NCBI GenBank assembly: GCA_022813865.1
Contig: JALDZX010000069.1
Location: 1 to 64,000, forward strand
Origin: Xylographa opegraphella
Taxonomy: Eukaryota
Length of the DNA: 64,000 nt
Reading direction: 5' to 3'
Positions 1 through 11,661 of the stretch are shown here, one piece after another; position 1 is the first letter of the stretch, and each line of letters begins with the position of its first letter. The notes below the pieces were generated by a model. The model was not told where the DNA came from. It worked only from the letters and a program-made list of their open reading frames with translations, and searched no databases. The position numbers were made by a program, and so were the translations under genes.

Positions 1-613
1 TTTTTGTTTATTACTTTACCTTCTATCTTTAGGTGTTAGTGCTATGCACTGCCAAGCTTACGACTACGACTCGACTCCACTCGAAATCCGCCTTCAGCAA
101 ATAGGTCAAAGCTGCTTACTACAGCAACGCTGGGGGAGATTTTGCCAAAACATTACCAAAACGCCACTGCACGCAAGCATTTTCAATACTGCTATTCCAG
201 CTACAGGTATAACGCCAGCAATTCCATTACTTGCAACTTATTATTACATCGCCGTTACCTCGCGATCACGAAGCCATGGAATACCCTGCCGGGGGAGCTG
301 GAGGACATTGCCTTGAGGGAGCTGCAAGACACTGCCTTGGGGGAGCTATGCAGAACACTTCACTGGGGGAGCTAGGGAATAGCCACTATCTGTAAAGCTT
401 CACTTTAGGCGTGCCGGTCTTCTGGGGGAGTGTTAGAAATAGAGTCCCGGCCTGCCTGCAGGATAGCGAGAGCTCGGGCCGCCGTAGGCCCGGTGACGCT
501 AGTGCGCGAGCATATAGTCTCGTAGTTGTTCATAGCTAATACAACACACTTGTTTACCCATATATTCTGCTAGAATGACCACTGCGCTTCAGTACCCATC
601 GTACCTTTCAACA
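1..613 (+). mobile_element. 3' end of Ty1/copia-like LTR retrotransposon (decayed internal tail, PPT and 3' LTR 431-613)
   Basis: Polypurine GGGGGAG (424-430) directly abuts TGTTAGAAA at 431; TTTCAACA ends at 613 (TG...CA termini, imperfect inverted repeat). Upstream sequence has no recognisable ORF and carries repeated GGGGGAGCT motifs. Confidence 0.7.
284..375 (+). repeat. About 24-26 bp degenerate tandem repeat (GACACTGCCTTGGGGGAGCT-like, about 4 copies) upstream of the PPT
   Basis: ctgccgggggagctg / gacattgccttgagggagctg / gacactgccttgggggagcta / acacttcactgggggagcta. Confidence 0.75.
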
Positions 614-659
614 ACATGTTGCTATTGCAGCTTCTCGTAAGCGTTGTGAGAAGATTCGC

Positions 660-826
660 AAAAAAAAATTAACGTGGTCCTTGATGCGGATCAATCCTGT
701 GTTCTGAAAAAGAAGGGTCGGTAGGGAAGCCAGTGCACTGACGACAGGACCAATGTACCCAGACCCAGAAGAATGCCCTTCGCCATGTTCCTTTTGGTTC
801 ACGTCCACCTTATTATAATATATATT
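660..826 (-). ncRNA. Pol III-type / tRNA-like element, copy 1 (degenerate B box)
   Basis: Diverged direct repeat of 914-1092. Minus strand: TATA-rich start, AGGAACATGGCGAAGGGC (A-box-like), GGATTGATCC (decayed B box), T9 terminator. Confidence 0.35.
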
Positions 827-913
827 CTTTTCTTTGTGAACTTAGTGTACGTGCTAATACTTCATTGACATTAACTATGACTACATCATGGGAGTCGCGA
901 GCAAAAACGAGCC

Positions 914-1092
914 AAAAAAAAATTGCGAGGTTTTTAATTTGTCCTCGGTGGGAATCGAACCTGTGTTCTTGAAAGGAAAGGTCGGTAGGGAAGTCAGTGA
1001 AGTGACATCAGGACCAATATACCTAGACTTAGGGAGAAAGCCCTTCGCCATGTTCCTTTCGGGTTCTGTCTCTCTTATTATGATATATATAC
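914..1092 (-). ncRNA. Pol III-type / tRNA-like element, copy 2
   Basis: Minus strand: TATATAT, TGGCGAAG A-box-like motif, perfect B box GGTTCGATTCC (plus strand ggaatcgaacc 951-961), GTCCT/AGGAC closing stem over 74 nt (941-1014), T-run terminator. No canonical anticodon arm. Confidence 0.4.
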
Positions 1093-1177
1093 ATACTTGG
1101 AGTGTTAATGCCGAGGCCCACTTTCATGCACTTCATTCACATTATATATATACATACGTCAAATCATCACCGTCACC

Positions 1178-1950
1178 ATGACTAAATTAAATCAAAAGCT
1201 CAACCGCAAGAAGAAGGATGGGCGTCTGGCTCGGAAGGCCGCAACCGCAGGCCTAAGCATCGGTATAGACTGTCTCAACACCTTGATCGGTTCATACGCT
1301 AATTTTATAAAGGAGAAACCTCGTACGAGCGCCGCCAGAGCCGTACTGAAGCATCTGCGCTCCTGAAATCCGCCCGTGTGCACAATCGCACTCTGGTGAA
1401 TGACCTCCTTCGTGAAGGAAGGATCTCTGCCGAGACCGCGAAAGCCATCAAAAACCGCTTCTGCATATCACACCAAACTCTTCGACACACCGCCTTCCAG
1501 GCTCTGCAGTTGATGGGGGAGCCCCTCGAGGGCGAATCTCCCTATCAGAAGTTGACGGAGGAGGAGGTGCTCGCAGAAGATGCGGCGAGGAAGGGCGAGG
1601 CTGAGGCCGCCCGCCTCGAGACGGGTGAGGATGAGGAGGTAGAGGGGAAGGGGAAGGGGAAGGGGAAGGGGAAGGGGAAGNNNNNNNNNNNNNNNNNNNN
1701 NNNNNNNNNNNNNNNNNNNNNNNNNNNNNNNNNNNNNNNNNNNNNNNNNNNNNNNNNNNNNNNNNNNNNNNNNNNNNNNNNNNNNNNNNNNNNNNNNNNN
1801 NNNNNNNNNNNNNNNNNNNNNNNNNNGGGGAAGGGGAAGGGGAAGGGGAAGGGGGTGGAAGACCCCAGCGAATATGATGAGGAGTCGGATTGGGAGGGAC
1901 TGGTCCCCGTGTCTGGGGACGAGAAGGGCGAGGAGGAGGAGGATGTGTAG
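1178..1950 (+). CDS. Orphan protein: basic N-terminus, (Gly-Lys)n tract, acidic C-terminus
   Basis: Exons 1178-1262 and 1313-1950 are joined in frame by a 50-nt intron (GTATAG...GCTAAT...AAG); TATA-like tatatata near 1143; spans the N gap. Confidence 0.6.
1645..1853 (+). repeat. (GGGAAG)n microsatellite flanking an assembly gap
   Basis: GGGAAG units on both sides of Ns 1681-1827. Confidence 0.95.
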
Positions 1951-2180
1951 GCGAGGTAGGGTGGGTGGTCGTATGGCGAGGGGGCTGCCACTACATCAAG
2001 ATTACCGACCACGACGACGACCTTTTCTCTGGATTCTGGATTCTGGATGCGGCAACGGGGTGATGATAGATGAACGTGACGAATAGACTGGGGCCTTCGT
2101 GCCATGCGGATACATTGACTCATCTGATGCGTGAAGTTTGATCTTGTATTGAGATATGCCATACCAATATGCTTATGTGC

Positions 2181-4656
2181 TTACCCCTTGATCGCCGGCC
2201 CTGTTGGAACCTGCTTTACCACTTGAATCTTTCCCTGATCTGTACTCGGATCGTCGTCAGCTTTCGTCACTGCCGCTGCAACCTTTCTCCCATCCACCAA
2301 TGCCTTGTCAAAGCTACGAGCATCGATCCCCAGTATGCCTCCAATATTGCCCCGGTCGCCTGGGACCGAGAATTCGCGGAACAAGTACTTCCATTCCACT
2401 AACCACCCACGAATGGCCTTACCAACTTTGTCTTTCCCGTTTTTGCTGTGGTGCCCGGTACCGGTGATGGCATAGACAGGACGAGCAGATTTCTGCTGTT
2501 CGAGGAGAACACGCTCCAGGTATTCGACAGCTTCCTCGGGATGCAGACCATGGAGATCGATATACAACTCACTATTGTGGTTTCCGGTTGATGAGTTACG
2601 GGATTTGTAGAGGAGGTCTGCAGCCTCACGGTGTGATCTTCGCATCAGGTCATTCTCAGACTGGCCCCGAAGTGAAAGAGCTTTGGCAGCACGAGCGTCA
2701 TTACGGTTCCAAGCTTGAGCGGCGCTAAGAACGAAGACCGTCAGCAACGATCGAGGATTGAAGATCCACTTCATTGGAACTTACCTCTGCAAGAACTTAT
2801 TTCGTAAGCCGCCGTGCTTGAAAGCCTCTTGTCTAGCTTTGATATAAGCCTGGTTAGCTTTGTCACCAGTTTCGAGCCACGGAATGTGTTCCGGTGGTAG
2901 TATCGCCATTGCTGCCGCACTGTTTTCACGACTGCCGGTATAGCTACGTGTCTTCATGAGACCTTTCCGAAGCAATCCTGGGGCTGGGGACGGAGACATC
3001 CGGACAAGGTCGGCTAAAGAGTTCGGTATATTTTCCTTGCTACCATGGCTGTGACCATGACCACCACGTTTACCGTGATGTTTCTTGGCACCTTTCGTAG
3101 TTGCAGAGCCAAGTGTAGGAAATGCTTCTGTGTCGTCGACCGATGGTATTGAAGGTGTAGGGGCGCGAGAGGAGTGTCTACTTGTAGGTCGTGACCCATA
3201 GGAACGAGTAGAGGCTGTGTCGTTCAGTAAGGTAGGAGGGCCTCCTCTTCCTTCGGAGTAATTGCTGAATGTCGGCGTATAGTTCCTAGCACCCTGAGAC
3301 CCTGAAAAGTTGTAGGCGTTGTATGGGTTGGGAAAAGATGACGCTTGCGCCCACTGGTTCATTGCGGCGGGCTGAAGCGTTGGAAATGCATCGTAGTCTT
3401 GTACTTGAAAGCTGGGGTGTACGTTTTGTGTTGGCGGTGTCGCTATCATCGGGTTGCCATTGTCTATATTGAGGTTGCCGATGAGCGCAGCAGGATCATG
3501 CGAGAAAACACAAGTATCTCGTGCCAGACAATTGCCCATAATCCAGTACCTATAGTGTCAGCATAATAAATGGAGGAAGCCGCTTGCAATGTAGGCTGGA
3601 TATAGGGCAAGATTTCCGTGCCAGGCACGAATAGGATAAGATCCACAAATGAAAGGGAATTCGCAGAATAGACTTGAAAGACACTGAAAATTACAAGCAT
3701 GAGACATACTTGCAAATGTGGTTGCTTAGATCATGACTGAAACGACAATCTGCCCTTAGACAGCTTCCTGTTGATAACCAGTATTTACAAATAACATTAC
3801 TCCGTCCCGGATTGTGCTGATTGATAGTTATGGGCTCGCTTGGCATCATCGACTTTCCGATCAATATTTGTCCTTCGGTATTAGGGAGCGCTTCTTGGTC
3901 GCCAAATAGAGCCTGGTGACCCATGAGAGCCATTATTGTAGAGCTGAGATCATAGGCGTTTGATTCCAGTGCGGCTTCTATCTCTTCGTCTGATTTGCCG
4001 TCGCCGAGTATTGATCGTAACATGTCATACGGCGACATGTCGGTTTGTTGCGGCTGAATCCAAGCGGCCGCTGCTCCACTGAGTACACTCTCCTGATTAC
4101 TCCCAGCGCCCGACGAGGACGGCCTGCTCGGCGAATCATCACTGACAAGCCAATCGACCGTATCGCTCCCATAGTCGCCATAATCAGTTGTTTGCACTGT
4201 CCTTTCACTGAATTCATAGGAATTGAGGTTTGGACTGTGCGGAATATGGCTTGCGAAAGCGAGACGAGGCGACGGGCGGGGGGACGTGAAGGGTGAGGCC
4301 GTAGAAGACTTTGCTCGTGTGAACGCAGGAGGAGCGATCCCGTATCCTGGTCCAGGTGCTGGGCTCACTCCGCTGAGAGGTGGAGACGAAAGCGGAGTGG
4401 ATGCCCTGGGAACTTGCCACGGCGCAGGCGAACCCCTCCGAGCAAGACTAGGACGAGCAGGTGGAGAGACAGCTGGTGGGTTTGTGATATCCCTATATTT
4501 CCAAAGGGCACCCAGTATTGCATCCTCCAGCGGTCGTCCAGTAAGCGTCGTTTCCTTGCGAAGGAGCTCTTCCAGTTTGTCTGTCTTCTCTTCCTCTTCC
4601 AGCGCAGAGTCCTTTAGCACGGGGAGACAAAGATCGTAGATCTTGTCCGAAACCAT
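2181..4656 (-). CDS. CCCH zinc finger + DUF1771/Smr domain protein (putative RNA endonuclease)
   Basis: Exons 4656-3710, 3549-2785, 2724-2181. Two CCCH fingers (CKYWLSTGSCLRADCRFSH; CKYWIMGNCLARDTCVFSH), a CUE/UBA-like helical segment, and Smr motifs IDLHGLHPEEA and ITGTGHHS. Confidence 0.9.
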
Positions 4657-5546
4657 CCTGGTCGCCTGAGAAGTGCGAAGCGGTATACCGTTGATCAAAG
4701 CGATCGGGGAGGGTGGGCGTTAAAGAAGACCGGTTTGCAGCATGTGGCAGTGTTGCGAACGGAAACGAGGCTATCGAAAATGAGGCTTCATAGCAAATGG
4801 GGGCACAACGTACTACTGTTGAGAGGGAAGGTTAGCAGGAGCAAAGGAAGGCAGCCATCCTACACTACATTGCCTTTACAATGACAATGTCAGCATGGTA
4901 ACCGGCGTGAAATGAGGCAAAGACAATCGGGTTCTGGTGCAGGATAGTTACGCCCTAGAACCTCGCTATTGGAGGGGCCTAGCTCAGCCTTAGCCAGTGC
5001 AATCAGCGGGCATTCCCCGCGGTGACCACCTAAACGGAACTCCGCATTCAAAGCAGAAACGCCTATTCTGGACACCTTATTCTATTCGTGATGGCTGTTA
5101 GAGGGCTATTATCAGCGTTGGAGTAGACTACCTTACTCATACGGTGTCGGAAAATACTATCAATGCCTCGGTCATCAAACCATCGTTGGCGGAGCCTAAG
5201 AATAGGACCTAAAATCTGGAGTGCATCAACCTTCCCTGCAGGCTGCAATTAGGACAATGATGACGGCTGGCCTCGCGAAACACCAAGCTCTATCAACGTC
5301 GTTTTTATAATCCACCCATATTTACACACAATTCGTGCAAGCTCTGCCGCGCTCCAAAGACGCGCTTGATACCGGCGGTAAGAAGAGGACACACTAAAGA
5401 TTGCTTTGCCATACAAGGAGGATTGGGTTTCAGTCAGCCTTTCCAAGCACCATATCCGTCTGCATCTGAACTCAGTCCACACCTGGGAGGTTATTCAAAT
5501 GCCAACAAACCGAAGTCGCTGGACTCTTTGATCATATCACGATAAA

Positions 5547-6743
5547 ATGCCCGCAGATTACAGCTCCACCGCCCGTGCTCTCGCCCTCCCTGTCTCTCCC
5601 ACCCGCTCGCCCAATCGCAACCGCGAACCTCTCCGCACCTCGTGGACTCGATCACACTCAAACCTATCCCGGGCTCGCAGTCGCTCTCCCTACGGTCAAA
5701 ATGGTGGAAGCCTACGGGATCGAATCATTGACAGCGCCGAGAAGCTAAGCCGGCGAGCCGTTCAGACCGTTCAGGACCTCTCTCCACTCCAAAGAGTCCT
5801 CGCTGGCCTCTTCGTCACCGTTTCCCTCACACTCACCATTCTCTTCTTCGTATTCAACGGCGCAATCTTAGATTGGCTCAAACCGATCGCGGAGAAATGG
5901 AAGAGCCTCAACGGCGGCTGGCTCATCCTTTGGGCCCTGACCTTCGTTACCGCATTTCCTCCAGTAATAGGCTACTCCACCTGCGTCACACTGGCCGGCT
6001 TCGTGTATGGCTTTCCAGAAGGGTATGTCTCTCTCTCTCATACAGTTCCTTAACCGACCTAACACCCTCGCAGCTGGTTCATCGCCGCCTCCGCCAATGT
6101 CCTCGGCTCACTCTGCTCCTTCCTCACATCCCGCACCCTGCTCTCCTCCTTCACCCAACGCCTTCTCGCCCACGACACCCGCTTCTCGGCCTTCACCCTC
6201 GTCCTCAAGACCGACGGTCTCCCCCTCCTCATCATGCTGCGCCTGTGCCCTCTCCCGTACTCGCTCTCCAACGGCTTCATGGCCACGATCCCCACCATCT
6301 CGCCCCTCCTCTTCGCCCTCGCCACCACTATCGCCTCCCCAAAGCTCCTCATCCACGTCTTCATCGGCAGCCGCCTGGCCGCACTGAACGAAAGTGATCC
6401 GCTCGGCAAGGCGGTCAACTGGGCGAGCATCATCGGGGGCATGATCCTCGGCGTAGTGACGGGGTGGCTGATATACTCGAGAACGGTGGCACGAGCGAAG
6501 CAGCTGGAGAGGGAGGAGGCCCCGAAAGCCAGGGTTCGGGGCCTGAGCCATCCGGACGAGTTCGCGGACGAGGTGGACGGTGGGGAGGAGGAGATGGGGG
6601 CCGGTCATGACGACGATATCGATTTCCTAGCAGGGGAAGACGAATACAGAGATGAGGAGGGGGAGGCCGAGGGGGCGTTCCAGTACAAGGATGGGGACGA
6701 GGAGAACTCGATAGGGATGGATGCGCAGCGGGCGAAGCGCTGA
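5547..6743 (+). CDS. TVP38: Golgi SNARE-associated membrane protein TVP38 (DedA/VTT family)
   Basis: Exons 5547-6022 and 6074-6743. Motifs FPPVIGYS...AGFVYGFPEGW and RLCPLPYSLSN; several TM segments. Confidence 0.9.
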
Positions 6744-7256
6744 GGTCACACTGGACAGAGCTGGGTTGGGGGTTCGTCAGGAGGGCGTTCTATCTACTGA
6801 GTGGTTTTGGTCGGCATCGCATTTGGGGTTTAGACCGACAGACATGCAGAGCGGCATTGGGGGCGGATTATAGAACGATCATCATGTCAGGGTTATTGGA
6901 TTGTCAGCCACTATCAAGAGTTGAACCGGCCTCCGCAACGAAAGTTCGGGTGCATCTCGTGTCCGTGTCATCCATGCAAATCTACACTGCGTGAGTGAGA
7001 CCAGAGGAATGTGCAAGAATGAGACAAGTATGTAGCCTTCCAAGCCCAGTCTCCCTCTACCGGCAGCCGTGCGGACAGACGCATCCAGTTCCATTCCCAT
7101 CCGTTCTTTTCATCAATGTCCGACCCCCCATCCGACCTTGTCTCCAGCCATCAAAATGTGCCCCTTCAGGAGCGCCTCGTTAACGCCCACGCTTCAAGCA
7201 AAAAAAAAAACGAACGGCATCGGTCTTTTGCACCTGCGCAGGCGCCTTTCCATTTT

Positions 7257-8579
7257 TCACAAGTCATGCAGCGCGTTGTAGCCAGCTTCGACCAGGCTTC
7301 TGGGCCCCCTGACGTCGCCCGTGCCCGTCCAGTAGAACATGCCGCCGAGCCTCATGCGCTGCACGTAGGCGGCCTTCATCCGCACGGTGGTGGCGTTGTC
7401 GTAGGTGATGAAGCCGGCGACGGGGTCGACGACGAAGGCGACGCCGAGCTGCTCGTCGAGCTGCTCGGTGCCGGTCGTGGGGATGCTGCGGTACTCGAAG
7501 GTGCGGTCGTCGTTGGGTGAGATGGACGGGAGGTACCCTTGGTCGGGGCCGGTGGCGCCGGGGAAGGAACGGCCGTAGGCGGGGATGCCGAGGAGGATTT
7601 TGGACGGGTGGACGGAGTGCTGGAGGCAGTACAGGACGGCCGCGTGCACGGAGACGGAGGTCGGATCCGTGGGTGGGGAATAGAGCCGGGACTGGTGGCC
7701 GGAAGCGGGAGACCACGGACCATAGAAGTCGTAGGCCATCAGGTTGATGAAGTTGAGGTAGGCGCTCGCAAGGGCGAGGTCGATGTTCGACAGCGCCCAC
7801 GCGCCGGCCGGGAGAGCCGATGTGACGATATAGCGCGAAATCGGTAGGAAGCGGCGCACGGTTTCGAGAAGAGCAATGTAGTCGTGCCCTTGCGCGGGCG
7901 AACTCGGGTGTTCCCAGTCAACTGGTGAGAGGCGTAAGCGGAGATCGAGTAAGGATCGAAAGACGGGAGGAGGGTATACTGTCTATGCCATCGAAGCCGT
8001 ACATGTCCACCAAGCCTCTCGCACTGCTGGCGAATATCATCCGTGCCGTATGATTGCTGGCTATCGGAGCAAACTGCGCGCTACCTTGACCTCCACCGCC
8101 GACGGAGAGAATCACCTTGAGCTCTGGATACTGATCCTTCAGCTGTGTGAGCGCCTTGATGCAGCCTTGAGCGCCGTCAACTTCCATTTCCAGGTCTGCG
8201 AATTCGTCACTGAGCTACAACGGAATTAGCCATCGATCAATTCTGACTGCAAAGCAGAAGTTCTACCACAACGGAGCCATCGGTGGTCGGCCTAAGACGA
8301 TATCAGCGCCAGGTAATCATTGGCTTCAAGAAGACACCCTACCATGCGAAAGCGTAGAAAACATGAGAAATGTATGCCATGCTCATGGAGGAGGGAGGTC
8401 GTTGCCGGTACGCCCTCCAATTCGGATAATAGACGGCGTTTGCATAGTACGAGATTCCTGGATGAGCCTGTGGCACAAAGCTCATGTTCTGCGGTGCGTT
8501 CTGAGTTGTTCAGATGGAGACTTCGCACGAGGGGACCGTGTTGGCTACTTACGGCAGAAGATCCTGAATTGAAAGACAT
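7257..8579 (-). CDS. Glycoside hydrolase family 18 chitinase, catalytic domain only, no signal peptide
   Basis: NAVYYPNW, SHVFYAFAW, KVILSVGGG, spliced FDGIDIDWEHP (intact DxxDxDxE), NLMAYDFYGPW, LGGMFYW. Multi-exon; start at 8579 or 8485. Confidence 0.9.
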
Positions 8580-9376
8580 GTATGAAGAAGGAAAGCCCCA
8601 CCACTGGACCGGCTGGATCGGAGACGAGTGATGTATGTGTCACTGTTTTCGCTCTTCGTGACAATGGACAAGCTTCAACGCGGAATCACAGCAATAGATA
8701 TTAGAGAGCAAATATAAGTGGAGGCTGAAGTACGGAAGATAGAGATGAATATAGTATCAGATCGGGGATCCGACCGGAGGCCAAGCCGTTTGGCCTGGGG
8801 GACGATCATGCTGGATGGAGAGACAGTCCTCGAGCGGGTGAGACTGATCGTGTAGCTGTGCTGAATCAGAACAAGGCGCTGCCGGGCCCCGGACAATGAG
8901 GATGGAGGAACATGCTTAATTCCCGATTTCGCAGAGCATCGCAGATCAGTCGTCGAGCCACACTGCATGCCACTCTCCCCAGCCCATGCCCGAGAGCACG
9001 AGCGGCGGTGGGACTGGGGAGGGGGGGCATTGCTGAGTCTATCAACGTCCCATTGCGGGCCGGGCGAGTCAGTCAACGGTCAGCTGTGCGGGTTGGGGAC
9101 CGGGTCATAGAAGAGATCCACTGCAAGGGCTAGGCTTGTACGGGAATCCAGAGCAAAGGGTGCACTGCATATTGATTCACTACATTATTAGGTAGGTACA
9201 GTACCTACCGTACCTACCTTACCTTAGTGACTACTTGACCGCAGTAGTCCGCTTGCCTTGTATCCTGAGCTGCCTAAGCCACGGACCGAAGCGCTCCAGG
9301 CCTGAGTAAGGTAGCTTAAGTCTGCCTCTAGCACCGAACCTTGCTGGAGGTCCGGACGCAGTCTGTTGCAAGCTGC

Positions 9377-9428
9377 AAGTTGCCAGTTGCCAGTTGCCAG
9401 TTGCCAGTCGCCAGTCGCCAGTTGCCAG
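9377..9428 (+). repeat. 7-bp tandem repeat (AGTTGCC/AGTCGCC)n, about 7 copies
   Basis: agttgccagttgccagttgccagttgccagtcgccagtcgccagttgccag. Confidence 0.9.
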
Positions 9429-10809
9429 CCGGACCGTCGTGGTGCTTGCGTGGCTTGTCCTGTAGGAAAGCTTCGTCGCCGTCCAGAGTACAAGTACATC
9501 CAGCTGGACATCAAACGAATGAGGCTTCACGGCCCGGCCATGACACGGCAGCCCTCCGCAGTGGCCGTGCAGCCGAACCCTAACGCGGTTGGTCCCCCTG
9601 TCGGATGTGACAGATCACAGTGTGGGAGCCGTGGCGATGGGATGATGGGCAGAGGTATGTCCCGAGCAGGCCCACTGTTGGCCTATCTCCTGTAGGCGGC
9701 CTCGTACCGGCGCCATGGTAGGGCGGGTGTGATAGATTCGAGCAGGGAAGGCGCGATCGTGCCATGTCACTGAGCTTGCCCACGTTCAGACCTTCAGATG
9801 AGGATCAGCCGGCGCCACCACTGGCCACGAACGCGGTCGCCTTTTCTCTGCTTGGGCGACGAGCGTAGCACGGCACTAGTGAGGCTCGACATCATTGGGA
9901 GGATGGACGAGTGCCTTCTGATCGTCCACGCAGTACTCCGTATAGACGGTAGTACGGTATGTACACAAGCCAGGGAGTGCGGCCAGAGTGCTAGCTAGTT
10001 AGGATAGAGTAGTCGTGCAGCTGGTCCTGCTCGTCGAGGAGTCGCTGGAACACGTAAGGTAGGTAGGTAGGTACAGTTCCTAAGGTACTTGCGTCCCAAG
10101 CTTGGGAACGAGCTGCATGTGCATTGATCATGGATGGCGTTTCGCTCGTCCATGGCCAGTCTGCCACTAGGAAAGATTTCGGCTGGGGCCTGCCGAAGAG
10201 CGCGGTGAAAGGGAAAGAAAAACATCAGCGACCAGTACTTCGACCTGTGTACACAGTAGTGCGCGCATCGGCAAGGACGGCTAAGAGCCTTTCCGTGCCC
10301 CAGCCCGACTCTCCGACCCCGCAAGCCGGCCGATTGGGATTCTCATGGCCGTGTGGCTGCTGCAGTTGTTGATCTGCTCCGCTCTGCCCTTCGTTCCCAG
10401 TGGGAGTGTTTAAGTTGACGCGAAGGATCGTGAGGCTTGGCGGTTGCTCAGCTTAGTCGCATCCCCCCGCAACGCCCCAACCAGGACTTATCGACTCCCC
10501 CGGACGGAGGTACTGTGGACGACGAGAACTAAAGTCCCTACCTTGGAAGGTACGGAGACCGCGAGCCTAGGAGCCTAGGTACCTACAGGTACCCGGTAGG
10601 TAAATATCTATCCTTCCGCGTAAGGCTTGACCTAACATTGTCCCACCCCCAACACTCGAGCTCGTGCCACTAAAACTCCCCTTCTCAACTGCTCCTCAAC
10701 CTCTCGGCACCTTTATCCGTCAAACGATCACCGTCAGTTACACCACTCCGCTCCTCCAAAGGATATCTTCCTACACAAATCACCGTTTGCGGCAGACCAC
10801 CTTCTGCTG

Positions 10810-11661
10810 ATGGTGGTCTCCGTGGATCGCGCCATAGCCTCGGCGCCTGATCCGAATCTCATCGCCCACCATACCAAGCCGTCCCAGCCAAAGGCGACGT
10901 ACAACTTTGCCTTTGCCGATTTCCTCACGCGGGAGTATCGCTTTGGCCTTGACCCATCCCGTCCCTACTGCAAGGCATTTCGTGAAGGGCACTGCCCGCT
11001 GGGCCACGCCTGCCCCGACAAACATCAGACCACTCACTCATTCAACAATTTAGTGTGCAAGCATTGGTTGCGGGGCCTGTGTAAGAAAGGCGATCAGTGC
11101 GAGTTCCTGCATGAGTACAATCTGTAAGTTTGTCTTGCGTTCCGTTGTACCTGTCCCGGCGGTACCCGCACCACATATCCTGCCTCGGCAAGCATCGTGC
11201 TGACGCCAGTGTCCAGGCGTCGAATGCCAGAGTGCAACCACTATACGCGATCTCTCTACTGCCCCAACGGGGAAGAGTGCCTCTATCTTCACGTGGATCC
11301 GGCTACGAAGCTGCCGCCATGTCCTCACTACGAGAAAGGCTTCTGCCCTCTGGGTCCTCGCTGTAGCAAGAAGCACGTTCGGAAGGCGATCTGCAAATTC
11401 TATCTGGCCGGCTTCTGTCCCTCCGGCCGGCAATGCAAAGAGGGCGCGCATCCTCGATGGCCGGAGGATCTTCCGAAGCCTACGGTCAAAGTGGAGAAGA
11501 CGCCCGAAGAGCTCGAGCTGGAGAGGGCCAGGATCCGAGAGGAAGGGGAGAAGGAAGAAGAGAGAGAATGGGAGAGACGGGATGGAAATAGAAGAGATGG
11601 CAGAGGTAGAGGCGCTCGGCGTCCATATGGACAGAGAAGACGAGGCGGCTTTGATCGTTGA
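10810..11661 (+). CDS. YTH1: mRNA 3'-end processing factor Yth1 (CPSF30)
   Basis: Five CCCH fingers incl. [30 protein letters not shown]; intron 11124-11216. Confidence 0.95.

Noticed and set aside
941..1014. Functional tRNA gene
   Set aside because: The B box and length fit, but the T-stem is mispaired and there is no anticodon stem; kept only as tRNA-like.
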